Positions 1 through 8,235 of a stretch of DNA of 64,000 bases are shown piece after piece (position 1 is the first letter of the stretch; the number at the start of each line of letters is the position of its first letter). Under the pieces are notes generated by a model. That model was not told where the DNA came from, did no database searches, and saw only the letters and a list, made by a program, of their open reading frames with translations. Position numbers and translations under genes: made by a program. The DNA lies in contig OZ251518.1 in assembly GCA_965242965.1 (NCBI GenBank), positions 1,056,001-1,120,000 of the forward strand, in the 5' to 3' direction. Source of the stretch: Candidatus Poribacteria bacterium (lineage in GTDB: Bacteria > Poribacteria > WGA-4E > WGA-3G).

Positions 1-228
1 TCCTTCAAGTTTGCCACGAATCCAGCTCACCTCGCTCGTCAGCGTCTCGATGCGTTGGTTCGTTTCACGCGTCAGCGTCTCGATGCATTGGTTTGTTTCA
101 CGTGTCAACGTCTCGATGCGTTGATTCGTTTCGCGCGTCAGCGTCTCAAACCGCTGGTTTGTATCCTCGCGAAGGTTTTCAACGCTTTCTGCCAATTTTT
201 CAATAGCTTTCAAAATCTGTTTGTTCAT
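1..228 (-). CDS. Partial (runs off window start) coiled-coil protein with 11-aa repeats; not in the ORF track
   Basis: ATG at 228-226 with GAGG RBS upstream; reads MNKQILKAIEKLAESVENLREDTNQRFETLTRETNQRIETLTRETNQCIETLTRETNQRIETLTSEVSWIRGKLEG with no stop up to base 1. Confidence 0.75.
   Translation of the reverse strand, partial: MNKQILKAIEKLAESVENLREDTNQRFETLTRETNQRIETLTRETNQCIETLTRETNQRIETLTSEVSWIRGKLEG
37..168. repeat. 33-bp tandem repeat x4 (coding, ETLTRETNQRI unit)
   Basis: Units start at 37, 70, 103, 136; consensus CGTCAGCGTCTCGATGCGTTGGTTCGTTTCACG. Confidence 0.9.
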
Positions 229-251
229 AGTAGTAGTTCCTCTAGTGATGG

Positions 252-273
252 CAGATATGGATATCCATATCTG
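252..273. promoter_or_regulatory. Perfect 22-bp palindrome between two minus-strand genes (operator or hairpin)
   Basis: CAGATATGGATATCCATATCTG equals its own reverse complement. Confidence 0.5.
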
Positions 274-276
274 GGA

Positions 277-771
277 TTAGGTCGGCGCGAGTTTCAGCAC
301 GCTCGCTAGATTTTTGGTGCGCCTACCACATTTCCTTTTCCAAATAGGAAATGTCTGGCGGCGGAAACGGACTTCGTTTCGTTTCAATTTTGGGAGTTGT
401 GCGTCATGAATTCGCTTGCCGTGGAATACCACAGGGATGCAAGTCGTTTCAATATCCTCGGGCACTAATTCCTCGGCGAATTTGGCACCACTTTGCAATT
501 GTTGGAATACTTCTGTGGCGTTGACATTGCCGCTCTTCAGTTCAATTAAGACGACAACGAGTTTTTCGTCAACGTATAAGAGCATCCGGTCGCATCGTTT
601 GCCTTGCCTCTGGTTGACTTGGAACACCCGTTCAACGTCTACCACAATCCGCTCGCGGGGGACATCAGTCATATCCACATGACATCCATCGCCGCTACAG
701 GAGTTCGTAAGGTTCTCTTCGCCTACCTGTTTGCGGATTTCGTCAAGAACTTCACTCAATTTCACCAGCAT
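277..771 (-). CDS. Hypothetical protein, putative PD-(D/E)xK-like nuclease fold, coupled to the ATPase gene
   Basis: ATG 771 preceded by AAAAGGAGG; motif KRCD...VVLIELKSG; start overlaps the 3' end of the ATPase gene by 20 bp. Confidence 0.7.
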   Translation of the reverse strand: MLVKLSEVLDEIRKQVGEENLTNSCSGDGCHVDMTDVPRERIVVDVERVFQVNQRQGKRCDRMLLYVDEKLVVVLIELKSGNVNATEVFQQLQSGAKFAEELVPEDIETTCIPVVFHGKRIHDAQLPKLKRNEVRFRRQTFPIWKRKCGRRTKNLASVLKLAPT

Positions 772-2194
772 CCTCCTTTTCTCGCAGTTGCTGCTGAAGG
801 CGAATCCCGTTATCATAGAGTGTATCTGCGACTTCTTCGTAATCAGGTGGCTCTATACCCTCGATGCGATCAAACGAGATTTCCTCCACCGGCTTATTTC
901 GGTGGAACCACCATGTGCCGACTTCTTCCTTTGCCAGCCAATCGGTTGATGCTGGTGCGTTGTTTTTCTGTTTATTGACTTCTCCTTCGCGAATCAGGTT
1001 TCCGAGTTGCTGGAGGAGCCAGTCGCTATGCGTCGTGATAACCAACCGCACGCCTGCTCGGACCAGCCGTGCGAGGGTGCGCGCTATCGCAGTCTGGGCA
1101 CCTGGGTGCAGGTGCGATTCCGGTTCTTCAATGATGAGTAAATTTCCCGGCCTAACGATACCGCGCAAGAACAGCACTAAAGGCGCGAGTTCGGATACCA
1201 TGGACGATGATTGACTCAGACGGAGTTTCTCCGTTGTCTTCTTTGGATGATAGAGGAATTCCGGATACCCCTCTGGCACGGGCCGTCTTACCTCTATCTC
1301 CCCGTGCAGCACCTCGTTTTCCAATGCTTTGGCGATGCTCCTCATTTCGTCTGAAGAGCCGTGGTGCTCAGCATAGCGCACGATGAGTTTGAGAAAATCT
1401 GCTATCATCCCCGAAAACGCGGGCATCGCAGGAAAGCGTTCCAAACCAATGCGAGTGGCATTTTCTATCAGGGAGCTAGCGATGACTCCGTGGCTTTGCA
1501 TGATGCCGCTCCGCGCAGCAGGTAAGTAATACGCTGCTGTCGGCTGCCGCGCAGGCACCCAAAAAGAATCCGTAGGGTTAACGTCAAACATTTCCCGAAA
1601 CACCGCTGTAATGTCCGGAGAAACGGAGGTTTCTGGGTTGACATGTCCGCTTGCAGTAACTCCGATTCCGACATCCTGCAAATCGAAATTCCAGAGTGTT
1701 TGACAACCTTCGCGAACCTCCAATGAAACTTTCAGTTCGTTTTGTCCGCCATTGGAGAATCGGACTAATTTTGAAACAGAACCCAGATCGAAACACCGCT
1801 TGAGCCGGTTTTCAAAGACCTCAGAATCTCTCAGCCGATGCTGCAGCCTATGTTGCAACTCGTGAGGTAAATCCGAAAACGTGAACGGCCGCTCGGGTGT
1901 ATTCAATTTTTTGAGTGCCACCAGAATTTCTTCCTTTAAGGCAGCCTGATATTGGCCGATGGATTCAGAAAAGAAAAAATCGCGGGCAGACCAGGGAAAA
2001 CGTGAGAACCCCTCAAAATTCTGGTGCAGTGCATAAATAAGCGCGGAAAGATACGTCTTGCCGGTGTTACTCTCACCGACAAACACGGTGAGCGGACGTA
2101 GATCGATGTCCGCCTTTACTACCGGTCCAAAATTCTCGACAGAAATTTGGACATCTAGGGGCTTATCCGCGGGTTTGGTGTTTTTTGTCATCAT
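752..2194 (-). CDS. ABC-type ATPase (AAA_15/AAA_21 family)
   Basis: N-terminal VENFGPV, Walker A GESNTGKT, signature-like SQSSSMVSEL, Walker B IIEEPESHLHP, H-loop TTHS. Confidence 0.9.
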   Translation of the reverse strand: MMTKNTKPADKPLDVQISVENFGPVVKADIDLRPLTVFVGESNTGKTYLSALIYALHQNFEGFSRFPWSARDFFFSESIGQYQAALKEEILVALKKLNTPERPFTFSDLPHELQHRLQHRLRDSEVFENRLKRCFDLGSVSKLVRFSNGGQNELKVSLEVREGCQTLWNFDLQDVGIGVTASGHVNPETSVSPDITAVFREMFDVNPTDSFWVPARQPTAAYYLPAARSGIMQSHGVIASSLIENATRIGLERFPAMPAFSGMIADFLKLIVRYAEHHGSSDEMRSIAKALENEVLHGEIEVRRPVPEGYPEFLYHPKKTTEKLRLSQSSSMVSELAPLVLFLRGIVRPGNLLIIEEPESHLHPGAQTAIARTLARLVRAGVRLVITTHSDWLLQQLGNLIREGEVNKQKNNAPASTDWLAKEEVGTWWFHRNKPVEEISFDRIEGIEPPDYEEVADTLYDNGIRLQQQLREKEDAGEIE

Positions 2195-2299
2195 TCTCTC
2201 TATTCCTCTAAAGTGTTGTTTGCAATAAATTTTACCACATATTTGCAATCAATTTCAAGAAAAAAATAATTCCGTTTTTAGGGTCGCGTCCGGGAGGTT

Positions 2300-2378
2300 T
2301 TTCCTACCGTGGTGCATCGAGACCAGGAGGTCTCTCCTACCGGGGGAGCATCGAGACCGGGAGGTCTCTCCTACCGGG
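2300..2378. repeat. REP-like hairpins of the GTAGGAGAGACCTCCCGGTCTCGA family (reverse orientation)
   Basis: Two full copies of CGAGACC(A/G)GGAGGTCTCTCCTACC plus one degenerate copy. Confidence 0.8.
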
Positions 2379-2414
2379 GATAACCGAATCGCTTGAGTGC
2401 TGAAGAAATAACTG

Positions 2415-2443
2415 TTGCTTTTCGGGGCGGCATGTGTTAAAAT
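2415..2443 (+). promoter_or_regulatory. Sigma70-type promoter upstream of the BMP gene
   Basis: TTGCTT-17 bp-TAAAAT with TG extended -10. Confidence 0.55.
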
Positions 2444-2513
2444 TGTTTGGTAATTAGTATACCCTATGCAATGGGGAAAATGCAAAATCTTTTCCACTTT
2501 ACAAGGAGAAATT

Positions 2514-3518
2514 ATGAAGAATCTGAATGTGTTGACAAACGTTATCGTTTTAACCGCCATCTTCATCGGGATGTGTGGTTGCCAACGGGCCCAGGAGGTT
2601 ATCCTAACTGAACCGATGAGCGCGCCGATGCAGATAAGTGTCGTCTACCCCGGCGATTGCCTCGGGGATTCCTCTTTCTGCGATGTGCTTTACCACGGCG
2701 TGCAGAAATCGAAGACTGAACTCGGCATTGAAATTGCCGAGATAGAGAGCAACGCCGAGACATGGGAGACAGACTTGCGCGAGGCGGCGCAGCAGTCCCA
2801 ACTCGTGCTGACATCCGGTTTCCAGATGAGCGAACCTCTTGCAAGCGTGGCACCGGCGTTTCCCGATGTCAAGTTTGTCATTTTTGTGGGCGCGGTTGAC
2901 TTGCCCAACGTCGCCTCTTACACGCACAAGGCGAACGAAGGTGCGTTCCTCGTTGGCGCGATTGCCGGGTTAACATCGAAAACAGGCAAAGTCGGCTACC
3001 TCGGCGGTGCTGACGTGCCAGGGTTACATCAGTATGAGGCGGGCTACGTTGCCGGGGTGAAGGCAGTCAATCCGGAAGCAGAGGTGCTTATCGGTTATGT
3101 CGCGGACAACGCGCAGGGGTTCTACCAACCCGATGCGGCGAAAACCATCGCCTTGAGCCAGTATGAAGGCGGCGTTGATGTCATTTACTCGATGGCAGAT
3201 TCCGCGGGGTTCGGCGCGGTTGAAGCGGCGAAAACCGGCGAGGACAGATATGTCATTTGGACATTCATGGATGTTAACGATACCGCGCCGGAGGTTATTC
3301 TGACAAGTCTGCTTGTCGGAATTGATACCGATGCATATCGTGTTATCAGCGATTTCGCAGCGGGTAACTTCGCACCGGGTATTCATTCACCTGGGCTCGC
3401 GGAAGGCACTGTCAACTACGCGCCCGATGAGCAGATTTCTGCGGAGATAGTGGAGCAGGTTGAGGCATTGAAGGCGCAGATACTCTCGGGTGAAGTTGTT
3501 GTGCCGATGGAGAGATAG
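2514..3518 (+). CDS. BMP-family (PnrA-like) ABC transporter substrate-binding lipoprotein
   Basis: AAGGAG RBS; lipobox-like MCGC; motifs EGAFLVGAIAGLTSKTGKVGYLGG and GVDVIY. Confidence 0.9.
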   Translation: MKNLNVLTNVIVLTAIFIGMCGCQRAQEVILTEPMSAPMQISVVYPGDCLGDSSFCDVLYHGVQKSKTELGIEIAEIESNAETWETDLREAAQQSQLVLTSGFQMSEPLASVAPAFPDVKFVIFVGAVDLPNVASYTHKANEGAFLVGAIAGLTSKTGKVGYLGGADVPGLHQYEAGYVAGVKAVNPEAEVLIGYVADNAQGFYQPDAAKTIALSQYEGGVDVIYSMADSAGFGAVEAAKTGEDRYVIWTFMDVNDTAPEVILTSLLVGIDTDAYRVISDFAAGNFAPGIHSPGLAEGTVNYAPDEQISAEIVEQVEALKAQILSGEVVVPMER

Positions 3519-3535
3519 GAGTTACGGGGCCTGGT

Positions 3536-3882
3536 TCGCGAGGGACAGGCCCTCGCGCTACGTTTCAGGGGAGGTTTTTGTTTCAGAGAGATCGCGAGGG
3601 ACAGGCCCTCGCGCTACGTGTCAAGGTGGCCTCGCGGTAGGAGAGACCTCCCGGTCTCGATGTGGTATCATTGAGGGTTCGCGAGGGACAGGCCCTCGCG
3701 CTACGTTTTAGGGGAGGTTTCTGTTTTGGAATGGGTTCGCGAGGGACAGGCCCTCGCGCTACGTTTTGAGGGAGGTTTCTGTTTCAGCGAGAGATCGCGA
3801 GGGACAGGCCCTCGCGCTACGTTTCAGGGGAGGTTTTTGTTTTAAAGAGGGTTCGCGAGGGACAGGCCCTCGCGCTACGTTT
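3536..3882. repeat. Tandem REP-like array: six copies of TCGCGAGGGACAGGCCCTCGCGCTACG
   Basis: Copies at ~3536, 3592, 3679, 3737, 3795, 3853; linkers resemble each other (GGGAGGTTT(T/C)TGTTT). Confidence 0.9.
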
Positions 3883-3896
3883 TGAGGAGACCTCTA

Positions 3897-4697
3897 TCAC
3901 GGACGGTGATCGGTGTTAACTGGCGGTTCATCGTTTTGGAGGAACCGCTCAATAGTGTTATGCGTTGCTGGACGCGTGCGGAAATCGGCGATCCAAGGTT
4001 CACGGAAGTATGCCTGTTTCTCGCGCGGTAATGCTAAAAGCACTTCCGGTGGAATGCGCAGCCGATGCCAATGCGTTGCTAGATGCGCATAGGCATTCAA
4101 CACAGCGACGCGCGGCGTATCGCGCTGCCACACCGGTCCCGCATGACAAAGATTCTCGGTAAAGAAAATGGCACTCCCCGCCGGGCATTCGTAAGTCGTT
4201 AGAAACGGGCTGCGTTTGCCTTCCTCTAATGACATGTGCTCAGGATGCATCGGGAAGTTTGCCTTATGACTGCCGACGATGAAATGCGTTGCGCCGTCGG
4301 CTTTGGTAACATCGGTTAGTTCAAAAACGACGCGCACCATCCCCGCGTGAATGCGGCCGTTTTTGACGCGATACCCGAAAATCGGGTCTGCTTGGCCCGG
4401 ACCGCCGCCGTGAAGTCCGCCGTGTTCTTGTCCCTTTTTTCGCCAGACTGAGAAGGAGTTCTCAAGTCGGATATCGGGGCCAATAATTTCGTGCAAGACA
4501 TCGATGACCTTGGGGTGATCGATGAGGACGCTGGCGGGCCCGCCCGGCACCGCACGATGCGCTGGCGGTAGCGATTCAGGGTTGTGGTGGATTCTGTCAA
4601 TCTGTTCAACGATAGCGTCAACCTCGTCGCGGCTTAAAATCGCGGGGCGAACGAGGAAACCTGTCAGGTCGAAGCGAAATTTTTCTTCGTCAGTCAT
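3897..4697 (-). CDS. Phytanoyl-CoA dioxygenase (PhyH) family protein
   Basis: N-terminal EKFRFDLTGFLV, LHGGG, GATHFIVGSHK, AGSAIFFTENLCHAG, conserved R. Confidence 0.85.
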   Translation of the reverse strand: MTDEEKFRFDLTGFLVRPAILSRDEVDAIVEQIDRIHHNPESLPPAHRAVPGGPASVLIDHPKVIDVLHEIIGPDIRLENSFSVWRKKGQEHGGLHGGGPGQADPIFGYRVKNGRIHAGMVRVVFELTDVTKADGATHFIVGSHKANFPMHPEHMSLEEGKRSPFLTTYECPAGSAIFFTENLCHAGPVWQRDTPRVAVLNAYAHLATHWHRLRIPPEVLLALPREKQAYFREPWIADFRTRPATHNTIERFLQNDEPPVNTDHRP

Positions 4698-4763
4698 GGG
4701 TTTGAATCTCCTTATTTTGGTAAGCGCGGTTTGCCACCGCGCTTACGGGGTGCGTGCTACGCA

Positions 4764-5591
4764 TCAGAACCGAATCGCCTTAAACGCTTCGATCTGCGCG
4801 GTTATTGCGCGTTCTGTGGGGAGGCGTTCCGCACTAGAAGCACCGTAGAAACCGACAACGCCCTCGGTATTCTCCAAAACGTAACTTGCGTCTTCGGGTT
4901 CAGCGATGGGGCCGCCGTGGCAGATGACGAGGATTTCGGGGTTAACACCCTTCGCCGCGTCGTGGATTGTCTGCACGCGTTTGGCGGCATCCGCCAGGGT
5001 GAGTGATGTCTTCGCGCCGATGGAGCCCTTCGTTGTCAACCCCATGTGCGCGACGAGGATATCCGCGCCTGCGTCCGCCATTTGTTCCGCTTCTGTTGCG
5101 TTGAAGGCGTAGGGTGTAGTGAGCAGATTCATCTCGTGTGCCGTGCGAATCATCTCCACTTCCGGTCCGTAACCCATGTCGGTTTCCTCCAGCAACTGGC
5201 GGAATGTGCCGTCAATCAGCCCGACGGTAGGGAAATTCTGAACGCCGGAGAACCCGATGGCATCTATTTGCGAGAGGAAGATATCCATCAGCCGAAACGG
5301 GTCTGTGCCACAGACACCGGCGAGGACAGGCGTGTTTTGGACGACAGGGAGCACTTCACTCGCCATCTCCACGACAATCTGGTTTGCGTCGCCGTAGGGC
5401 ATCATCCCGGCGAGAGAGCCTCTGCCTGCCATGCGGAATCTGCCGGAGTTGTAGATAATAATCAGGTCGATGCCGCCGGCAGCTTCGCATTTAGCGGAGA
5501 TGCCGGTGCCGGCACCTGCGCCGATGATCGGTTTGCCAGCGTCAATGTTGGCGCGCAACTGGGCTAAAATTTCTTCACGTGCAAATTTCAT
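4764..5591 (-). CDS. Phosphoenolpyruvate hydrolase-like TIM-barrel protein (Tm-1-like TIM domain)
   Basis: [64 protein letters not shown]. Confidence 0.9.
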   Translation of the reverse strand: MKFAREEILAQLRANIDAGKPIIGAGAGTGISAKCEAAGGIDLIIIYNSGRFRMAGRGSLAGMMPYGDANQIVVEMASEVLPVVQNTPVLAGVCGTDPFRLMDIFLSQIDAIGFSGVQNFPTVGLIDGTFRQLLEETDMGYGPEVEMIRTAHEMNLLTTPYAFNATEAEQMADAGADILVAHMGLTTKGSIGAKTSLTLADAAKRVQTIHDAAKGVNPEILVICHGGPIAEPEDASYVLENTEGVVGFYGASSAERLPTERAITAQIEAFKAIRF

Positions 5592-5685
5592 GTTTGCGTA
5601 TCCTTCTGCATGAGAGGGTTGATTTTTCAAGCATTATACCAAAATTGGGGATTTTACGCAATATGATTTTCGGAGAACGTTGCAT

Positions 5686-6108
5686 GGCGAGGGACAGGCC
5701 CTCGCCCTACGGTAACGCACGCCGTTTTTTCGTAGCGCGGGGGCCTGTCCCCCGCGATCTCTAACGTCACGATGTGTGTTTCCTCCTCTGTAGTTTGTGA
5801 TCGCCTGATCACAAACGGGTCAGGATCAGGCGATCCTGACCTACAGGGGTGACGAGGTCTGCTGGCCAAACGCATGGCGAGGGACAGGCCCTCGCCCTAC
5901 GGTAAACTTACGCGATTGCATGGCGAGGGACAGGCCCTCGCCCTACGGTAAATGTTACGTTATAGCATGGCGAGGGACAGGCCCTCGCCCTACGGTGAAG
6001 TGCCGTTTTTTCCGTAGCGCGGGGGTCTGTCCCCCGCGAACGTTGGATTCCGCGGACGATATTGAGACCGGGAGGGCTCTCCTGCACAGATTCATGAAAC
6101 CCCCTCAT
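5686..6108. repeat. Cluster of GTAG-type REP-like hairpins ending in an ATGAAACCCCCTC terminal-repeat motif
   Basis: Multiple GGCGAGGGACAGGCCCTCGCCCTAC, GTAGCGCGGGGGCCTGTCCCCCGCG and one GTAGTTTGTGATCGCCTGATCACAAAC doublet. Confidence 0.85.
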
Positions 6109-6126
6109 ATAATTTTCGGAGGAACT

Positions 6127-6588
6127 ATGAATATCACTATCCAAGTAAATCCTAAACTGACTGCCGACGCGTTGTTTGCTTTCTATGAGCGGAATGACAT
6201 CTGCGAAGTCGGGTTTGGCAAAGAGACGGCGGCGAAGATATTGGAGCATCCACACCTGATTGTGGCCGCGTTTGCGGACGAAGAACTCATCGGACTTGCT
6301 CGCGCGACGTTCGATGGGCTTTCTGCGCATATCATGGAATTCTCGCTAGCCCTTCGTTACCAAGGCGGCGCGCCGAAGTATGCGAACGGTTCGCTGATGG
6401 AGGCGGATGAAAGTGGGGTTGGCAAATCGCTTGGCGCGTGTCTGCTGCGCGAATTGGAAGCGATGGGCGCGACGTTCATCACCGGCTACATCGTCGCCGA
6501 TTGTGAAGAGGCGTTTTATGCATCGTTGGGTTTCAAGGAGAATGAGGGGCATTTGGTTTATCATATTGATAAGCGGCCGTATGCGTAG
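6127..6588 (+). CDS. GNAT-family N-acetyltransferase
   Basis: GGAGG RBS; ELIGLARA, YQG...GVGKSL, AFYASLGF. Confidence 0.8.
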   Translation: MNITIQVNPKLTADALFAFYERNDICEVGFGKETAAKILEHPHLIVAAFADEELIGLARATFDGLSAHIMEFSLALRYQGGAPKYANGSLMEADESGVGKSLGACLLRELEAMGATFITGYIVADCEEAFYASLGFKENEGHLVYHIDKRPYA

Positions 6589-6593
6589 TTTGC

Positions 6594-6984
6594 ATCGAGA
6601 CCTCCTGGTCTCGATTTTCCCGTAGCGCGGGGGCCTGTCCCCCGCGTTGGCCGTCGTCAAGTTATGTTTTTAGGTCCTACGGTCGCCTCTCTGTAGTTTG
6701 TGATCGCCTGATCACAAACAGGTCAAGATCAGGCGATCTTGACTTACAGGGCCTGGCGCGCGAGCGATGGCGAGGGAAACCCGCTCGGATGCGCGTATGG
6801 CATCCGAGGGCCCAAGCCCTACGGTGAGGGGGGGAGGCGTTTTCTTCCCGTAGCGCGGGGGCCTGTCCCCCGCGATCGCAGCATGGCGAGGGACAGGCCC
6901 TCGCCCTACGGGAAAGGGAAGCGTTTTTTTCTCCACAGCGCGGGGCCTGTCCCCGCGACGTTGAGCGATTTATGAAACACCCTC
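6594..6984. repeat. REP-like cluster ending in TATGAAACACCCTC
   Basis: Same hairpin families as elsewhere; terminal motif at ~6971-6984. Confidence 0.85.
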
Positions 6985-6990
6985 GGTTAT

Positions 6991-7019
6991 TTGACAAATT
7001 TCCGTGTGCATGTTATCAT
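6991..7019 (+). promoter_or_regulatory. Sigma70-type promoter
   Basis: TTGACA-17 bp-TATCAT with TG extension. Confidence 0.7.
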
Positions 7020-7054
7020 AAAAAAAACACGATTCTATACACAAACTCACAACG

Positions 7055-8221
7055 ATGGAAGCGCGCATGCAAAGAATTTTCTTAACCTTAATTTTCCTGA
7101 TTTTGACAGCAACCGTGGCGGTTTCCGGCGATGTGTATCGTATCCGCGAAGGCGATACGCTCCTCATCGCTGTTATCGGACAACCGGAATATACGCAGAC
7201 TGTGCAGGTTCGCGAAGATGGCATGATGAGTTATTTTAGCGGCGATTTGCATGTCGCCGGCAAAACGGCGGACGCGGTTGGCCAACGCATTCGTGCCTTT
7301 CTCGTCTCGGAGAACCTCGTCAGCAATCCTGTCATCATGGTATCTCCCGTGCCACAGGAAAACGGCATTTTCGTCGGCGGTGCAGTGAAAACGCCTGGGC
7401 GTTACGTCATCTCACCGAAAACGGACATCGGTTTATACCGCGCCATTACTCTCGCAGGCGGGATAGCAGAGAATGCCGATGTGCAGCAGGTGCAAGTCAT
7501 TCGTGCGCCTGTGCCGCTGGAAACCGCGCCTACCGAGGGGAAGGTTGAAACTTATGATATTTCCATAAATCAACCCTACCGCGATGTCCGCGTGAACGTC
7601 AGGGATTTAGTGTTTGTCATGCCGCTCAGCGTGGTGGAGGTGCAGGGACAGGTGCAGGTGCCGGGCAAACTTTTTATCCGCGGCAACATCGGCATCGCCG
7701 AGGCGTTGGCGCGGGCAGGCGGTTTAACGGCAGAGGCAGCCCTTGATGCCCTCGTTAAGGTGAGTCGCGACGGAACCCTCTCCGAATTCAGCGTGACAGA
7801 GCAGTTTTGGAAATCTACGGCGAACGGAAAGGCAACAATTGAGACAGAGCAGACTCTCTTACTGTCCGATGGCGACGTGCTGTTCGTGCCGAATGCGTTC
7901 AAGGTAGAGCCGATTTATGTCATCGGTTACGTTCGTAACCCCGGTGCTCACCGCGTGCGTGAACCGCTCACTCTCGCGCAAGCAGTCGCCTTAGCCGGTG
8001 GGTTTGAAGAAGCAGCAGAACGGAAAAATGTCACGATTCATCGGCGCGATGGCACCAGTCTTGAACATCCGTTTACGGCGAGCGGCACCGAGGTGATTTT
8101 CCTCTACCCGGGCGATATCTTGGAGGTAGACAAGCGGTTTCAATTGAGTTGGGGGTTGGTAAGTGCCATCGTCTCAACTGCCTCTGTCATCGCAACGCTG
8201 ATTGTTACGCTAACGCGCTAA
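7055..8221 (+). CDS. Polysaccharide export (Wza/OPX-like) protein with SLBB repeats
   Basis: Signal peptide; YRIREGDTLLIAV...VREDG Poly_export motif; three SLBB units (GAVKTPG, GQVQVPG, GYVRNPG...ALAGG); C-terminal hydrophobic helix. Confidence 0.85.
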   Translation: MEARMQRIFLTLIFLILTATVAVSGDVYRIREGDTLLIAVIGQPEYTQTVQVREDGMMSYFSGDLHVAGKTADAVGQRIRAFLVSENLVSNPVIMVSPVPQENGIFVGGAVKTPGRYVISPKTDIGLYRAITLAGGIAENADVQQVQVIRAPVPLETAPTEGKVETYDISINQPYRDVRVNVRDLVFVMPLSVVEVQGQVQVPGKLFIRGNIGIAEALARAGGLTAEAALDALVKVSRDGTLSEFSVTEQFWKSTANGKATIETEQTLLLSDGDVLFVPNAFKVEPIYVIGYVRNPGAHRVREPLTLAQAVALAGGFEEAAERKNVTIHRRDGTSLEHPFTASGTEVIFLYPGDILEVDKRFQLSWGLVSAIVSTASVIATLIVTLTR

Positions 8222-8235
8222 TCAAGGAAGAAAAT

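Noticed and set aside
55-309. Plus-strand 84-aa ORF over the 33-bp repeat
   Set aside because: Shadow of the minus-strand gene, which has ATG+RBS and coiled-coil character
3536-3882. CRISPR array (27-bp palindromic repeats at ~58-bp spacing)
   Set aside because: The spacers resemble one another, the repeat is a variant of the window-wide REP hairpin, and there are no cas genes or leader
5579-6126. Short ORFs and N-terminal extensions reading MARDRPSPYG / VARGPVPR / RSGSPDPDPF (here and in all repeat clusters)
   Set aside because: Translations of GC-rich palindromic repeats, open in many frames on both strands; RBS-supported starts lie downstream (6127, 28768, 46919, 59066)
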